DNA of 63,762 bases, the filler included, from an uncultured Synergistales bacterium (lineage in GTDB: Bacteria; Synergistota; Synergistia; Synergistales; Aminobacteriaceae), in NCBI GenBank assembly GCA_937897575.1. It is 10 parts of 10 records of this genome, joined end to end, with 100 filler letters (N's around TTAATTAATTAA, not from the genome) between each part and the next. Parts side by side here need not be neighbours in the genome. Positions count along the whole stretch, not along the records: positions 33,412 to 55,311 come from CALCQG010000143.1; positions 55,412 to 57,374 come from CALCQG010000144.1; positions 57,475 to 60,331 come from CALCQG010000149.1; 7 more parts are not named here. One strand, written 5' to 3'. The notes under the pieces were generated by a model, which saw only the letters and a program-made list of their open reading frames with translations, made no database searches and was not told the origin of the DNA. Of this stretch, positions 50,526 through 59,431 are shown one piece after another; the stretch's first letter is position 1, and the number at the start of each line of letters is the position of its first letter. The translations under genes were made by a program, and so were the position numbers.

Positions 50526-50531
50526 GGAGCG

Positions 50532-51554
50532 ATGCCCATCATGGCGTCCAAGGGTTCCGGCGTACGTGACTACCTCATCCGTGTCTCCAACGGCATGGCC
50601 CTCGGCCTGTTCTCCTCCCTCATCATCGGGCTCATCCTCCGTCAGACGGGGCAGCTGCTGGGCATCCCGTCCGTGGAGCTCTTCGGCCGCGTGGCTCAAG
50701 TCCTCATGGGACCGGCCATAGGGGCCGGCGTTGCCTTCGCCGTGGGCGCTCCGCCCCTCGGGATCTTTTCATCCCTTGCCGCAGGGGCCATAGGAGCGGG
50801 GTCCGTCACCTTCGCGGGAGGAGCGGCGTCTCTCGCCATCGGCGAGCCCGTGGGCGCCTTCGTGGCGGCATGGGTGGGCTCGGAGTTCTCCCGGATGATC
50901 GCCGGCAAGACGGGCGTGGACATCATCGCGGTCCCGGCGGGGACCATCGTCCTCGGAGGATTCGTCGGCATCCTGGCCGGGCCCCCGATCGCCGGGATGA
51001 TGACCTGGCTCGGCGAGGGGCTGAACCTGGCGACGACCCTGCACCCCTTCCCCATGGGCATCATCCTCTCGGTGGTGATGGGCCTCGTCCTGACGCTCCC
51101 CATCAGCAGCGCGGCGCTCTCAATCGCCCTGGGGCTCTCGGGCCTCGCGGCGGGGGCCGCCGTCGTGGGGTGCTGCTGTCAGATGGTGGGCTTCGCCGTG
51201 TCGAGCTATCGGGAGAACGGCGTGGGCGGCCTGATCGCTCAGGGCATCGGGACGTCCATGATCCAGATCCCGAACATCATCCGGAATCCCTGGATCTGGG
51301 TGCCGCCCACGGCGGCCTCGGCCATCCTCGGGCCTCTGTCCACCATGGTCTTCAGGATGGAGAACAGCCGCGTCGGGGCGGGGATGGGGACCAGCGGCCT
51401 CGTGGGACAGGTCTCGGCCCTCGAGGTCATGGGGTCCGCCGCCTGGCCCGGGATCATCGTGCTGCACATTCTGCTCCCCGCCGCGCTCTCCCTGCTCTTC
51501 TCCGAGCTTCTGCGGAAATCCGGCCACATCAAGTCCGGGGACATGAAGCTGTAG
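50532..51554 (+). CDS. PTS EIIC-like (PfoR/EIIC_2 family) membrane protein
   Basis: NGMALGLFSSLIIG, LPISSAA, GTSMIQIPNI, GMGTSGLVG. Confidence 0.85.
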   Translation: MPIMASKGSGVRDYLIRVSNGMALGLFSSLIIGLILRQTGQLLGIPSVELFGRVAQVLMGPAIGAGVAFAVGAPPLGIFSSLAAGAIGAGSVTFAGGAASLAIGEPVGAFVAAWVGSEFSRMIAGKTGVDIIAVPAGTIVLGGFVGILAGPPIAGMMTWLGEGLNLATTLHPFPMGIILSVVMGLVLTLPISSAALSIALGLSGLAAGAAVVGCCCQMVGFAVSSYRENGVGGLIAQGIGTSMIQIPNIIRNPWIWVPPTAASAILGPLSTMVFRMENSRVGAGMGTSGLVGQVSALEVMGSAAWPGIIVLHILLPAALSLLFSELLRKSGHIKSGDMKL

Positions 51555-51571
51555 AAAGAGCGGAGGGGAGG

Positions 51572-52267
51572 TCAGCTCTCGGTCTTGCCGCCGACGATCC
51601 CCCGGGAACGGATCTCCAGGCCGTCGGAATAGGCTCTCAGGGCTTCGGTGAGGAAGTCGAGATGGGCCTCCCCCTCGCCGAAGCCGACCCCCTGGGGGAG
51701 GTAGGACGCGTAGAGCGCCGACGTCGTGCCGTCCGTCGTCATGGTCCTTCCGTCGGGGCCGGAGAGCACGCTCGACACGATGCCGTCGGAATCCCTCATG
51801 TACATGTCCCCCGTCTTGAGCCTCTGCTCTCCGCCGCCGAGGGCCTCGTACTCCTCGCCCCCCTCGGCCGAATCGAGGATCACCGGCCCCCGGACTTGCT
51901 GGAGGTCGTGCACGGCGGTGAGCAGAAAGGTCCTCATCTCGGAGAGAAACATGACGCGGACGAGCGGGGGCGTCCGGGGAAAGGGGCGCCCCTCGAGGAC
52001 GAGGGAGCGGAACTGAAGAAAGACGTGGTAGGTCTTCCTGAACTTTTTATAGTACCGCTCGTAGGCCAGGAATACGGGCAGGGCGCGGAGCTCCCCCCGC
52101 GAACGGGAGGAGTGGGCGGCCCGGATCTCCTTCAGGGTCGCCTCCTGAAATTCCAGAAGGCGGGATTCCCTTCCCGTCCCCGGAGGGACGAAGGCCTCCA
52201 GCCAGGCGCCCGCCGCCTCCGGGTGCTCCTGTCTCCATCTTTCGGAGACCGTCAGAAGCTCTGCCAT
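51572..52267 (-). CDS. Stand-alone B3/B4 (PheRS-beta editing-like) domain protein
   Basis: AYERYYKKF, TAVHDL, GEEYEALGG, LKTGDMYMRD. Confidence 0.7.
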   Translation of the reverse strand: MAELLTVSERWRQEHPEAAGAWLEAFVPPGTGRESRLLEFQEATLKEIRAAHSSRSRGELRALPVFLAYERYYKKFRKTYHVFLQFRSLVLEGRPFPRTPPLVRVMFLSEMRTFLLTAVHDLQQVRGPVILDSAEGGEEYEALGGGEQRLKTGDMYMRDSDGIVSSVLSGPDGRTMTTDGTTSALYASYLPQGVGFGEGEAHLDFLTEALRAYSDGLEIRSRGIVGGKTES

Positions 52268-52323
52268 GGAGTATTCCCTCTTTCGTCCGGATCTTTCCCT
52301 TCCCCGTCGGTGTCCGAGGAGCT

Positions 52324-53679
52324 TTACGAGAGCGCGAGAACCCGCCGGGCCACCTCGAAGTAGAGCAGCAAGCCGAGGACGTCCACCACCGTCGTGATGA
52401 AGGGGCCGGACATGACGGCGGGGTCGATCTTCATCTTTTCCGCGATGAAGGGCAGCAGGGCGCCGATCACGCTGCCCGTGACGACCACGGCGGTGACGGA
52501 GACCCCCACCACGAAGACGACCCCCACGCCCGTCCCCATGAACCAGGCCCTGAGGGCGCCGAAGGCGGCCAGCACGACGCCGATCATGAGCCCCGCCGCG
52601 GCCTCCCTGCCGAGGACCCGCAGAAGGTTCTTCGTCTGCACGGTCCCCACGGTGAGCCCCCGTATCACGAGGGTCGACGCCTGGGTCCCCGTGTTCCCTC
52701 CGGTGTCGATGAGCATGGGGATGAAGTACGCCAGAGCGACGACGCTCTCCAGGGCAAAAGTATATCGCTTCAGGATAAAGGAGGAGATGAACTGGGTCAC
52801 GATGCACACGAGCAGCCAGGGGAGCCTCTTGCCCACGGCGAAGGTGATGCTGGTGTCCAGGTAGTCGTCCTGGAGGGGCTGGATGCCCGCCATGCGCTCG
52901 AAGTCCTCCGTGGCCTCCTCCTCGACGATGTCGAGGACGTCGTCGAAGGTGAGGATCCCCACGAGGCGCCCCTCCAGGTCCACCACGGGCAGGGACTGAA
53001 GGTCGTACTTCGACATGGTCTGGGCGGCCTCCTCCTGGTCGGTGGAGGTCTCCACGAAGATGGGCTGTTCGTCCATGAGCTCCTGCACTGGGGTCTCCGG
53101 TGCGGCGAGGATGAGGTCCTCCAGATGGAGGGTCCCCTTGAGCCTCCTGTCGGGGCTCACCACGAAGGTGGTGTAGATGGTCTCCTTCTTCGCCGCGGTC
53201 CGACGGATCCTGGTGAGCGCCTCCTCGGCCGTCATGGACTCCTTGAGATCGATGAACTCCGGGGTCATCACCCTCCCCGCCGAGTCGGCGGGGTAGTTCA
53301 TGAGGGTGTTCGCCAGTCGCCGCTCTTCGGGGGAGAGGTGGGCGAGGAGCTTTTTCACGGTTTTCGCTGGGAGCTCCTCGAAGAGGGCCGTCCGGTCGTC
53401 GTCGGACATCTCCTCGATGATGGACGCCGTCTCCACGTCCGTGAAGCTCTGAAGAAGCTCCTCCCGCTCCTGCCCCTCGAGGAACTCGAAGACCTCGATG
53501 GCCAGGTCCTTGGGGAGCAGGCGGAAGAGGAAGGCCCGCTCGGCCTGGGGCTTGTCGGACACAATTTCGGCGACGTCCGCCGGCTCCATGGCCGCGAGAA
53601 GGCTCTTCAGCTCCTTGAAGCGCCTGTTCTGGAAAAGATCCTCCACCTGGACAAGAACTTCGTCCCTGATGTGCTCCAT
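52324..53679 (-). CDS. mgtE: Magnesium transporter MgtE
   Basis: N-domain, CBS pair (SAGRVMT), RLPWL, GGNTGTQ, DPAVMSGPFITT..D. Confidence 0.96.
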   Translation of the reverse strand: MEHIRDEVLVQVEDLFQNRRFKELKSLLAAMEPADVAEIVSDKPQAERAFLFRLLPKDLAIEVFEFLEGQEREELLQSFTDVETASIIEEMSDDDRTALFEELPAKTVKKLLAHLSPEERRLANTLMNYPADSAGRVMTPEFIDLKESMTAEEALTRIRRTAAKKETIYTTFVVSPDRRLKGTLHLEDLILAAPETPVQELMDEQPIFVETSTDQEEAAQTMSKYDLQSLPVVDLEGRLVGILTFDDVLDIVEEEATEDFERMAGIQPLQDDYLDTSITFAVGKRLPWLLVCIVTQFISSFILKRYTFALESVVALAYFIPMLIDTGGNTGTQASTLVIRGLTVGTVQTKNLLRVLGREAAAGLMIGVVLAAFGALRAWFMGTGVGVVFVVGVSVTAVVVTGSVIGALLPFIAEKMKIDPAVMSGPFITTVVDVLGLLLYFEVARRVLALS

Positions 53680-53780
53680 AATGTCCCCTCCTTCGACCCA
53701 GGACGCAGGGGCAACCCCGCGAGCGGCGGCTCACCGGGTCCTGAGACGGATTTTCATTGCGTTTTTCGGTTTGGAACGTG

Positions 53781-53801
53781 AAAAACCCGGCAAACGCCGG
53801 G
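53781..53801 (-). terminator. Intrinsic terminator within the mgtE leader
   Basis: CCCGGC-GTTT-GCCGGG-TTTTT on the minus strand, ~100 bp before the mgtE ATG. Confidence 0.75.
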
Positions 53802-53836
53802 AGGAGGGGGAGAAACGATCCTGCCTTGTCCGACGC

Positions 53837-53884
53837 CTACCGTGCTCCTATGATCCTGTCCATCCTTTGAGGCCCACTGTCCAT
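53837..53884 (-). CDS. Putative mgtE leader peptide MDSGPQRMDRIIGAR
   Basis: RBS AAGGGGA 7 nt upstream; stop codon lies in the antiterminator strand. Confidence 0.6.
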   Translation of the reverse strand: MDSGPQRMDRIIGAR

Positions 53885-53929
53885 GTGGTCATCCCCTTGT
53901 CACGAAAACACGGAATATGAAACACCATA

Positions 53930-53958
53930 AAAGTACCATGAAACGGCCGTACTGTCGA
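53930..53958 (-). promoter_or_regulatory. Putative promoter of the mgtE leader
   Basis: TCGACA-17-TACTTT with TG extended -10. Confidence 0.55.
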
Positions 53959-54136
53959 GGAAAAACCCGATCTCCAGCCGATAAAGGGGCCTCATCGGGC
54001 GAGGCCGACTTTCGCTCGCTGCACGGCGATGGTCCTCCGTCTGCATCATGCGCCGCCGAGGCGCCTTCCGGTGGCCGCCTCTATTTGATATGATACGGCC
54101 AACGCGCTGCGGCGCGTACTTCACCCAACGGAGGAT

Positions 54137-54901
54137 ATGATGAAGAAAACCTATGTTCGATGTGTCATACAGGGGCGCACCGTGACGGGCTTGATGGACG
54201 AGGGGACGGTCTACGCCCTGGAGGGGTGTCTCTTCGACGACCCGAAGCGGGGCGCGGCCGTCGGCTCCGTCGACCAGATCGAGCGGTGGCTCCCCCCCAC
54301 GGACCCGACGAAGGTCGTGGCCGTGGGTCTGAACTACCGGGACCACGCCGAAGAGGTCAAGCTCCCCATCCCGTCGGAGCCCCTCATCTTCCTGAAGCCC
54401 TCCACGACTGTGGTGGGGCACGGCGACGACGTCCTCTACCCCGACATGTCCAAACGGGTGGACTACGAGGCGGAGCTCGCCGTAGTCATCGGGAAGAGGT
54501 GCAGCGGCGTCTCCCCCGAAAGGGCTCTCGACTACGTGCTGGGGTACACCTGTGCCAACGACGTGACGGCCAGGGACCTTCAGGGACGGGACGGCCAGTG
54601 GACCCGGGCGAAGTCCTTCGACACCTTCTGCCCTCTGGGGCCCGTCCTCGTGACGGGCATCGACGCCTCGGACCTGGAGGTGACGATGCTCCACAACGGC
54701 AAAGTGGTGCAGCACTCCCGAACCGGCCAGTTCATATTCCCGGTGGACGTCCTGGTGAGCCACATCTCCCGCGTCATGACGCTGCTCCCCGGGGACGTGA
54801 TCATCACGGGAACCCCCTCGGGGATCGCCCCCGTGCGGCGAGGGGACCTCATGGAGGTGGAGATAGAGAACGTCGGCCGTCTTTCGAACAGAATCCGGTG
54901 A
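54137..54901 (+). CDS. Fumarylacetoacetate hydrolase family protein
   Basis: VGLNYRDH, FLKP, DYEAEL, NDVTARD, AKSFDTFCPLGP, TGTP. Confidence 0.93.
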   Translation: MMKKTYVRCVIQGRTVTGLMDEGTVYALEGCLFDDPKRGAAVGSVDQIERWLPPTDPTKVVAVGLNYRDHAEEVKLPIPSEPLIFLKPSTTVVGHGDDVLYPDMSKRVDYEAELAVVIGKRCSGVSPERALDYVLGYTCANDVTARDLQGRDGQWTRAKSFDTFCPLGPVLVTGIDASDLEVTMLHNGKVVQHSRTGQFIFPVDVLVSHISRVMTLLPGDVIITGTPSGIAPVRRGDLMEVEIENVGRLSNRIR

Positions 54902-54924
54902 CGGAAGGGGGGAGAAGCACGTCC

Positions 54925-55107
54925 TCCCCCTGCGCACCCAGTACAAGACGGCCCCTCTGTGTCCCATAGGGAGGCCAAGGATCCGTATCCGCGCGAGCGG
55001 GAGCTTCGACGTGGCTGGAAAGAAGGGCTCCCTCATGTTCAGGTACATCCCGCCTTGGCCTCAGGTTGGGGTCAAGATCGTCTTGCACCCGTCACGGCGA
55101 CGGGGTA
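54925..55107 (+). ncRNA. ssrS: Candidate 6S RNA
   Basis: ~183-nt rod-like fold; 5' CCCCTG, GGGAG after a bubble, CCCGCCTTG..CAGG..TCAAG, 3' CACGGCGACGGGG; ends approximate. Confidence 0.55.
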
Positions 55108-55153
55108 CGGCCATCCGTCGTCCCGGCCGTCACTGGACCCCAGAGACGGAGCG

Positions 55154-55311
55154 TCACTGCAGTTTCTTCATCCTCAGGGCCGACGGGCAGAGCGCAAGGC
55201 CGCCGCGGGAGGTGCACCGCAGCTCTTCGGGGAGCATCCGGCCGACGGAGTCCACGGCCTGGGGGATCTCGTCCAGCAGGATGCGGTCCGGGTGGAACAC
55301 CTCAATATCAT
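55154..55311 (-). CDS. Fe-S L-serine dehydratase alpha-type domain, C-terminal fragment
   Basis: RILLDEIPQAVDSVGRMLPEELRCTSRGGLALCPSA. Confidence 0.7.
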
Positions 55312-55411
55312 NNNNNNNNNNNNNNNNNNNNNNNNNNNNNNNNNNNNNNNNNNNNTTAATTAATTAANNNNNNNNNNNNNNNNNNNNNNNNNNNNNNNNN
55401 NNNNNNNNNNN
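55312..55411. other. Artificial contig linker
   Basis: N44-TTAATTAATTAA-N44. Confidence 0.98.
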
Positions 55412-55914
55412 GCCGCCCCGAGTGGATCGAGGCGGCCGAGGGCGCCGCCGCCTTCGTCGCACGGTGCCTCGACGGGCCACAGGGGCTGATGCACCGGTAC
55501 CGGGGGGGCACGGCGGGCATCCCGGCCTTCCTGGACGACTACGCCTTCCTCGCCTGGGGCCATGCCGAGCTCGGAAGGGCCTCGGGCGCGCATGAGCACG
55601 TCCGTCGGGCCGCCGGTCTTCTCGACAGCCTCGAGTTGGAGTTCAGCGCCCCTTCGGGCGGCTTCTACCAGTCGCGCCCCGACGACCTGCTCTTCATGCG
55701 GCGCCGGGAGGCCTACGACGGCGCCATCCCCTCGGGCAACGCCGTGGCCATGGCGGCCATGGCGCTCCTGGCGGAGCAGGGCATGGAACGATACGCCGCC
55801 CTCGCCCGAAGGACGGGAGGGGCGTTCGCGGCGGACGTTGAGCGCGCGCCCTTGGGGCACACCCACCTGCTGGCCGTCGCCCTGACGCTCCCAGGCGACG
55901 GGAGAGGGTGGTGA
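55412..55914 (+). CDS. YyaL/SPATA20-like thioredoxin-domain protein, C-terminal part
   Basis: FLDDYAFL, GGFY, YDGAIPSGNAVA. Confidence 0.8.
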
Positions 55915-56585
55915 ACATGGCCGGTCTGCCCTACTGGAGCACGAATGTGGAGATGGAGGTGGCCTCCTGGCTGCCCCTGGGCATAGACTACGACCCCGTC
56001 TCGGTGAACGCGCACCATAGCCTGCGCCTCGGCCACGTGGCCGCACTGTCCATGGGGCTGGGCAGTGAGTTCTTCTGCCTGTCGAGCCTGATGAGCGGCA
56101 CCGTGGGCAACCTGTTCCGGGACAGCATGTTCCTCCCGGGCATGCGGAACCGCGTCGGCCTCGGGTTCACCATGATCTTCGGCTACTCCGAGCCCATGGA
56201 GGACTTCCTGGCCGATCATCTCGACGGCCGGGAGGACGTGGAGGCGGGGGTGTCCTACTGCCGCCTCTGGGACCGGAGCGTCCCTCTGGACACCTTCAAG
56301 GTCATCGTCCTCGTGAGCGGCGACCCCTTCTTCTCCGAGGACCGCTTTCTCGAGGAGCTGGAGAAGGGGCTCATGGAAAAAGCCCCCGTGCGGGAGAACG
56401 TCTCCTACTTCGCCGAACGGTTCGGCTACCGGCGCTGCTCCATCCCCTACGAGACGGACGACCCGGTGGGCCTCGAGATCAGCAAGCTCCTCTACGAGAT
56501 GGAGTTCCGGGAGACGAGGCGGGCCGTCGGGCCGTCGCCGGAGGTCCCCTTCCCGCCCTTCGTCGGCCTCATGCTCTCCCTGTAA
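55908..56585 (+). CDS. Hypothetical protein
   Basis: 225-aa ORF with host-like GC3 codon bias; no recognised motif. Confidence 0.65.
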   Translation: MVNMAGLPYWSTNVEMEVASWLPLGIDYDPVSVNAHHSLRLGHVAALSMGLGSEFFCLSSLMSGTVGNLFRDSMFLPGMRNRVGLGFTMIFGYSEPMEDFLADHLDGREDVEAGVSYCRLWDRSVPLDTFKVIVLVSGDPFFSEDRFLEELEKGLMEKAPVRENVSYFAERFGYRRCSIPYETDDPVGLEISKLLYEMEFRETRRAVGPSPEVPFPPFVGLMLSL

Positions 56586-56692
56586 AGATGGTATAATATA
56601 TACCCCTTTCGACGAAATTGCGTCGACGGAATGGTCTTTTATGGCCGTTCTCCGTTATGCTGCACCCTATGGAAAAAAAGGAGCCCGATGAG

Positions 56693-57374
56693 ATGAACGA
56701 CGACATGGACCAGGAACTGAAGGACGAGGTGCAGGGCGAACCGGCCTCGAAGGAGGGCGGTGTGACGGCGGAGCTCTCCAGGGAGGAGATCACGGAGTAC
56801 GCGGGCAAGGTCCGGGAGCTCATCTCCGAGGGACAGGGCAAGGGCTTCGTCACCCAGAAGGACATCGAGCGGCACATCCCCGTGGAGAGCTGGAGCCCCG
56901 AGGTGCTCGACGACATGGTGAGCAACCTGATGGACCTGGGCATCGAGGTGGTGGAGGACGACCAGAAGGACCTGCCCAAGGCCGCCCCCGCCCCGACGGA
57001 GGACGACATGCTCGAGCCGCCCTCCCTGGACATGGAGCTCGGCAAACTGGACGACATCCCCCTGACGGACCCTGTTCGCATGTACCTTCGCGAGATCGGG
57101 AAGGTCCCTCTCCTCGACGCCGCCGAGGAGGTGGCGCTGGCCAAACGCGTGGAGGCCGGCGACGAGGTGGCCAAGAAGAAGATCGTGGACGCCAACCTCC
57201 GCCTCGTGGTGAGCATCGCGAAGAAGTACATCGGACGGGGGATGCTCTTCCTCGACCTGATCCAGGAGGGGAACCTGGGCCTCATCCGGGCCGTGGAGAA
57301 GTTCGACTACCGCAAGGGGTTCAAGTTCAGCACCTACGCCACCTGGTGGATCCGCCAGGCCATCACCCGGGCCA
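56693..57374 (+). CDS. rpoD: Primary sigma factor RpoD/SigA (3'-truncated)
   Basis: Region 1.1, [49 protein letters not shown] upstream. Confidence 0.95.
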
Positions 57375-57474
57375 NNNNNNNNNNNNNNNNNNNNNNNNNN
57401 NNNNNNNNNNNNNNNNNNTTAATTAATTAANNNNNNNNNNNNNNNNNNNNNNNNNNNNNNNNNNNNNNNNNNNN
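57375..57474. other. Artificial contig linker
   Basis: N44-TTAATTAATTAA-N44. Confidence 0.98.
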
Positions 57475-58712
57475 CCCCGATCCATGCCCACCTCGAGCCC
57501 GCCCTCAAGAGCGCGTCCTCCGGACGTGAGCGTGAGCCTCCGGACCTCGGACCGATCCGCCTCTTTATAGACCACGGCAACGGCATTGCGGTAGGTCAGG
57601 GTTACCTCCGAGCCCGCTCCGGACTTCTTCGCCGTCCGTTTTGACGGTTTCCCGAGGGCGGACTGAAGCTGTTCCTCCGTCGCGCCGAAGGAGTGCAGGA
57701 CGCTGCGAAGATACTCGTCGGAGAGGGAGGCTTCTTTTAGCGTCATGACGGCAAGGAATTTGCCGAAGATCCACCCCTCCTTCGCCTGCCATTTGATGCG
57801 ATACCAGGGCCAGGCCTGGGGGCTGCTGAGGGACGACGACGGGACACGGTAGCGCACTCCATTTTTATCCTCGGGCAGGGAGACCTCGACGACCCCCTGT
57901 GCATCGGGGCCGCTCAGTACCGTCACGCCCCTGCCCTTGGCCACGCTCTTCTTCTCCCCCTTCGGGCCCGTGACCTGAAGGTCCGCCAGCGTGACCGCCT
58001 CGGGGTTTTCGCCGCTGTTCCAGGCCTCAAGAACCTCCACTCTGTTGCCCGTGGAGACCTTCCCCACCGTCGTGCTCGAGAGGGTATGGGACTGGCGCAC
58101 GTTGACGTTGGAGCCAACGACCACACCACGCGTGGGCTCACCGATCTCGAGAGACGGAGGCTCGTGGACCGCGGCCGGTGTCTGGACCGCGAGGGGCACA
58201 TCCTGCTGCACGGGCTCCGTGGACTCCGGCGCATCGCGATCCGCCTGCCCAGGTTGCCCGAACGTTCCGTCCGCTCCTCCGTCACCGGGCGTTGCCACGA
58301 CGGCAGAATTCTGCCCGGGCTGTTCGATCACCTCGCTCTTCCACTCCGTGGGAGAGGCAAAAAAACGGTACGCAGCGACGGCAAGGATGCCGAGCAGAAA
58401 CAGCAGGATCAACAGGAAAAGCAGCCTTCCCCGGCGCTTCTTCTTCCTTCGCCGCGTCCGCGTCACCGCGTTGAACTCCCGATAGCTCTCCTCGGCCCGT
58501 TCGTTGACGGGGTTCGGCACCCTTGTCCGCTGGGGAACCCGATGGACCTCGAAGTGTTCCGGATGCCGAAGCGACTCGGGCATCGCACTGCCGCAATAGG
58601 GACAGAAGCGATACTGTGGAGAGACCTCCATCCCGCACTCATGGCAGAGAGGCATCGCCCGATCCTCGTCGTGCAGGTCGAACTCCGTTCCCTCTCTTCT
58701 CTCTTCGTCCAT
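57475..58712 (-). CDS. Zinc-ribbon, single-TM, SH3-like domain protein (3'-truncated)
   Basis: CHECG..FCPYCG; basic stretch plus TM; NVNVRQ..G.VSTG.RV.VL..WYRIK..EGWIFGKF. Confidence 0.75.
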
Positions 58713-58902
58713 GGCCTTCTCGCCCTCCTCCCGCCCTTTCGCCGGGAGACGAAAGGGAACGCTCAATGTATTATTATATCGTACAGGTCTTTTTACGCCG
58801 TCCCTGGGTAAAAATACGGGAAAGTACCGAGAGAAGGGCAGAATGACGGGAGTATAGTATCCTTTAAGACTCATGACGCCTATCATGGAGGAGGGAAGAG
58901 GT

Positions 58903-59361
58903 ATGAAGAGAATCTGCGCGGTCCTCGCGTTGCTTCTGGCCAGTCTGCTGTGGGGGCTTCCGCCGGCGGAGGCCGCTGCGGTCCAGACCTTTGGCCATCT
59001 CGAGATCACGGAGGTCGCCGTCAAGGGATACAAACTCCATATCCGGGGGGATACGGACCTTCCGCCCGGCTCGAAGCTCCACCTTGACGCCCGGCTCCCC
59101 TGGCTGAACACGACCCCGGGGAATAAAAAGACCTTCAAGCTCCGGGTCAACTCGAATCACTTCTTCGCCATGATCGACCTGCCGAAGGGCAAGACGTTCA
59201 AGGGGATGTCTGTTCTCCTCAGGGTCATCTTCCGTCCGTCGGAGCAGGATGGGCCGATCAAGGTCAAGGTCGGCGCCAAGGGCGAAAAGATCAAGGGGGA
59301 GAAGGCCTCCCTCGAGAAGAACGAGTTCATCCTCAGCGACACCAAGGACATAACGCTCTGA
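58903..59361 (+). CDS. Secreted hypothetical protein
   Basis: Signal peptide ending AEA; GDTDLPPGS; beta-rich, basic. Confidence 0.7.
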   Translation: MKRICAVLALLLASLLWGLPPAEAAAVQTFGHLEITEVAVKGYKLHIRGDTDLPPGSKLHLDARLPWLNTTPGNKKTFKLRVNSNHFFAMIDLPKGKTFKGMSVLLRVIFRPSEQDGPIKVKVGAKGEKIKGEKASLEKNEFILSDTKDITL

Positions 59362-59373
59362 CCGTGAGACAAA

Positions 59374-59411
59374 GAAAGGGGAGGGGTGACGGCCGTCGCC
59401 CCTCCCCTTTC
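59374..59411. terminator. Hairpin between convergent genes
   Basis: 17-bp stem GAAAGGGGAGGGGTGAC/GTCGCCCCTCCCCTTTC. Confidence 0.65.
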
Positions 59412-59431
59412 GTATGGACACGAGCCTCGAA

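Noticed and set aside
51572..53734. 720-aa ORF suggesting a long fusion ending in the B3/B4 domain
   Set aside because: The upstream part is an off-frame shadow of mgtE; the real gene starts at 52267 after an RBS.
53848..53892. Alternative leader ORF MTTWTVGLKGWTGS as a Trp-sensing peptide
   Set aside because: Its ATG overlaps the only RBS and the downstream gene is a Mg transporter; the MDSG frame has proper spacing. Not fully excluded.
53680..54130. M-box (ykoK) riboswitch upstream of mgtE
   Set aside because: Conserved M-box blocks such as UAGGUGAGGCU are absent; a uORF attenuator fits better.
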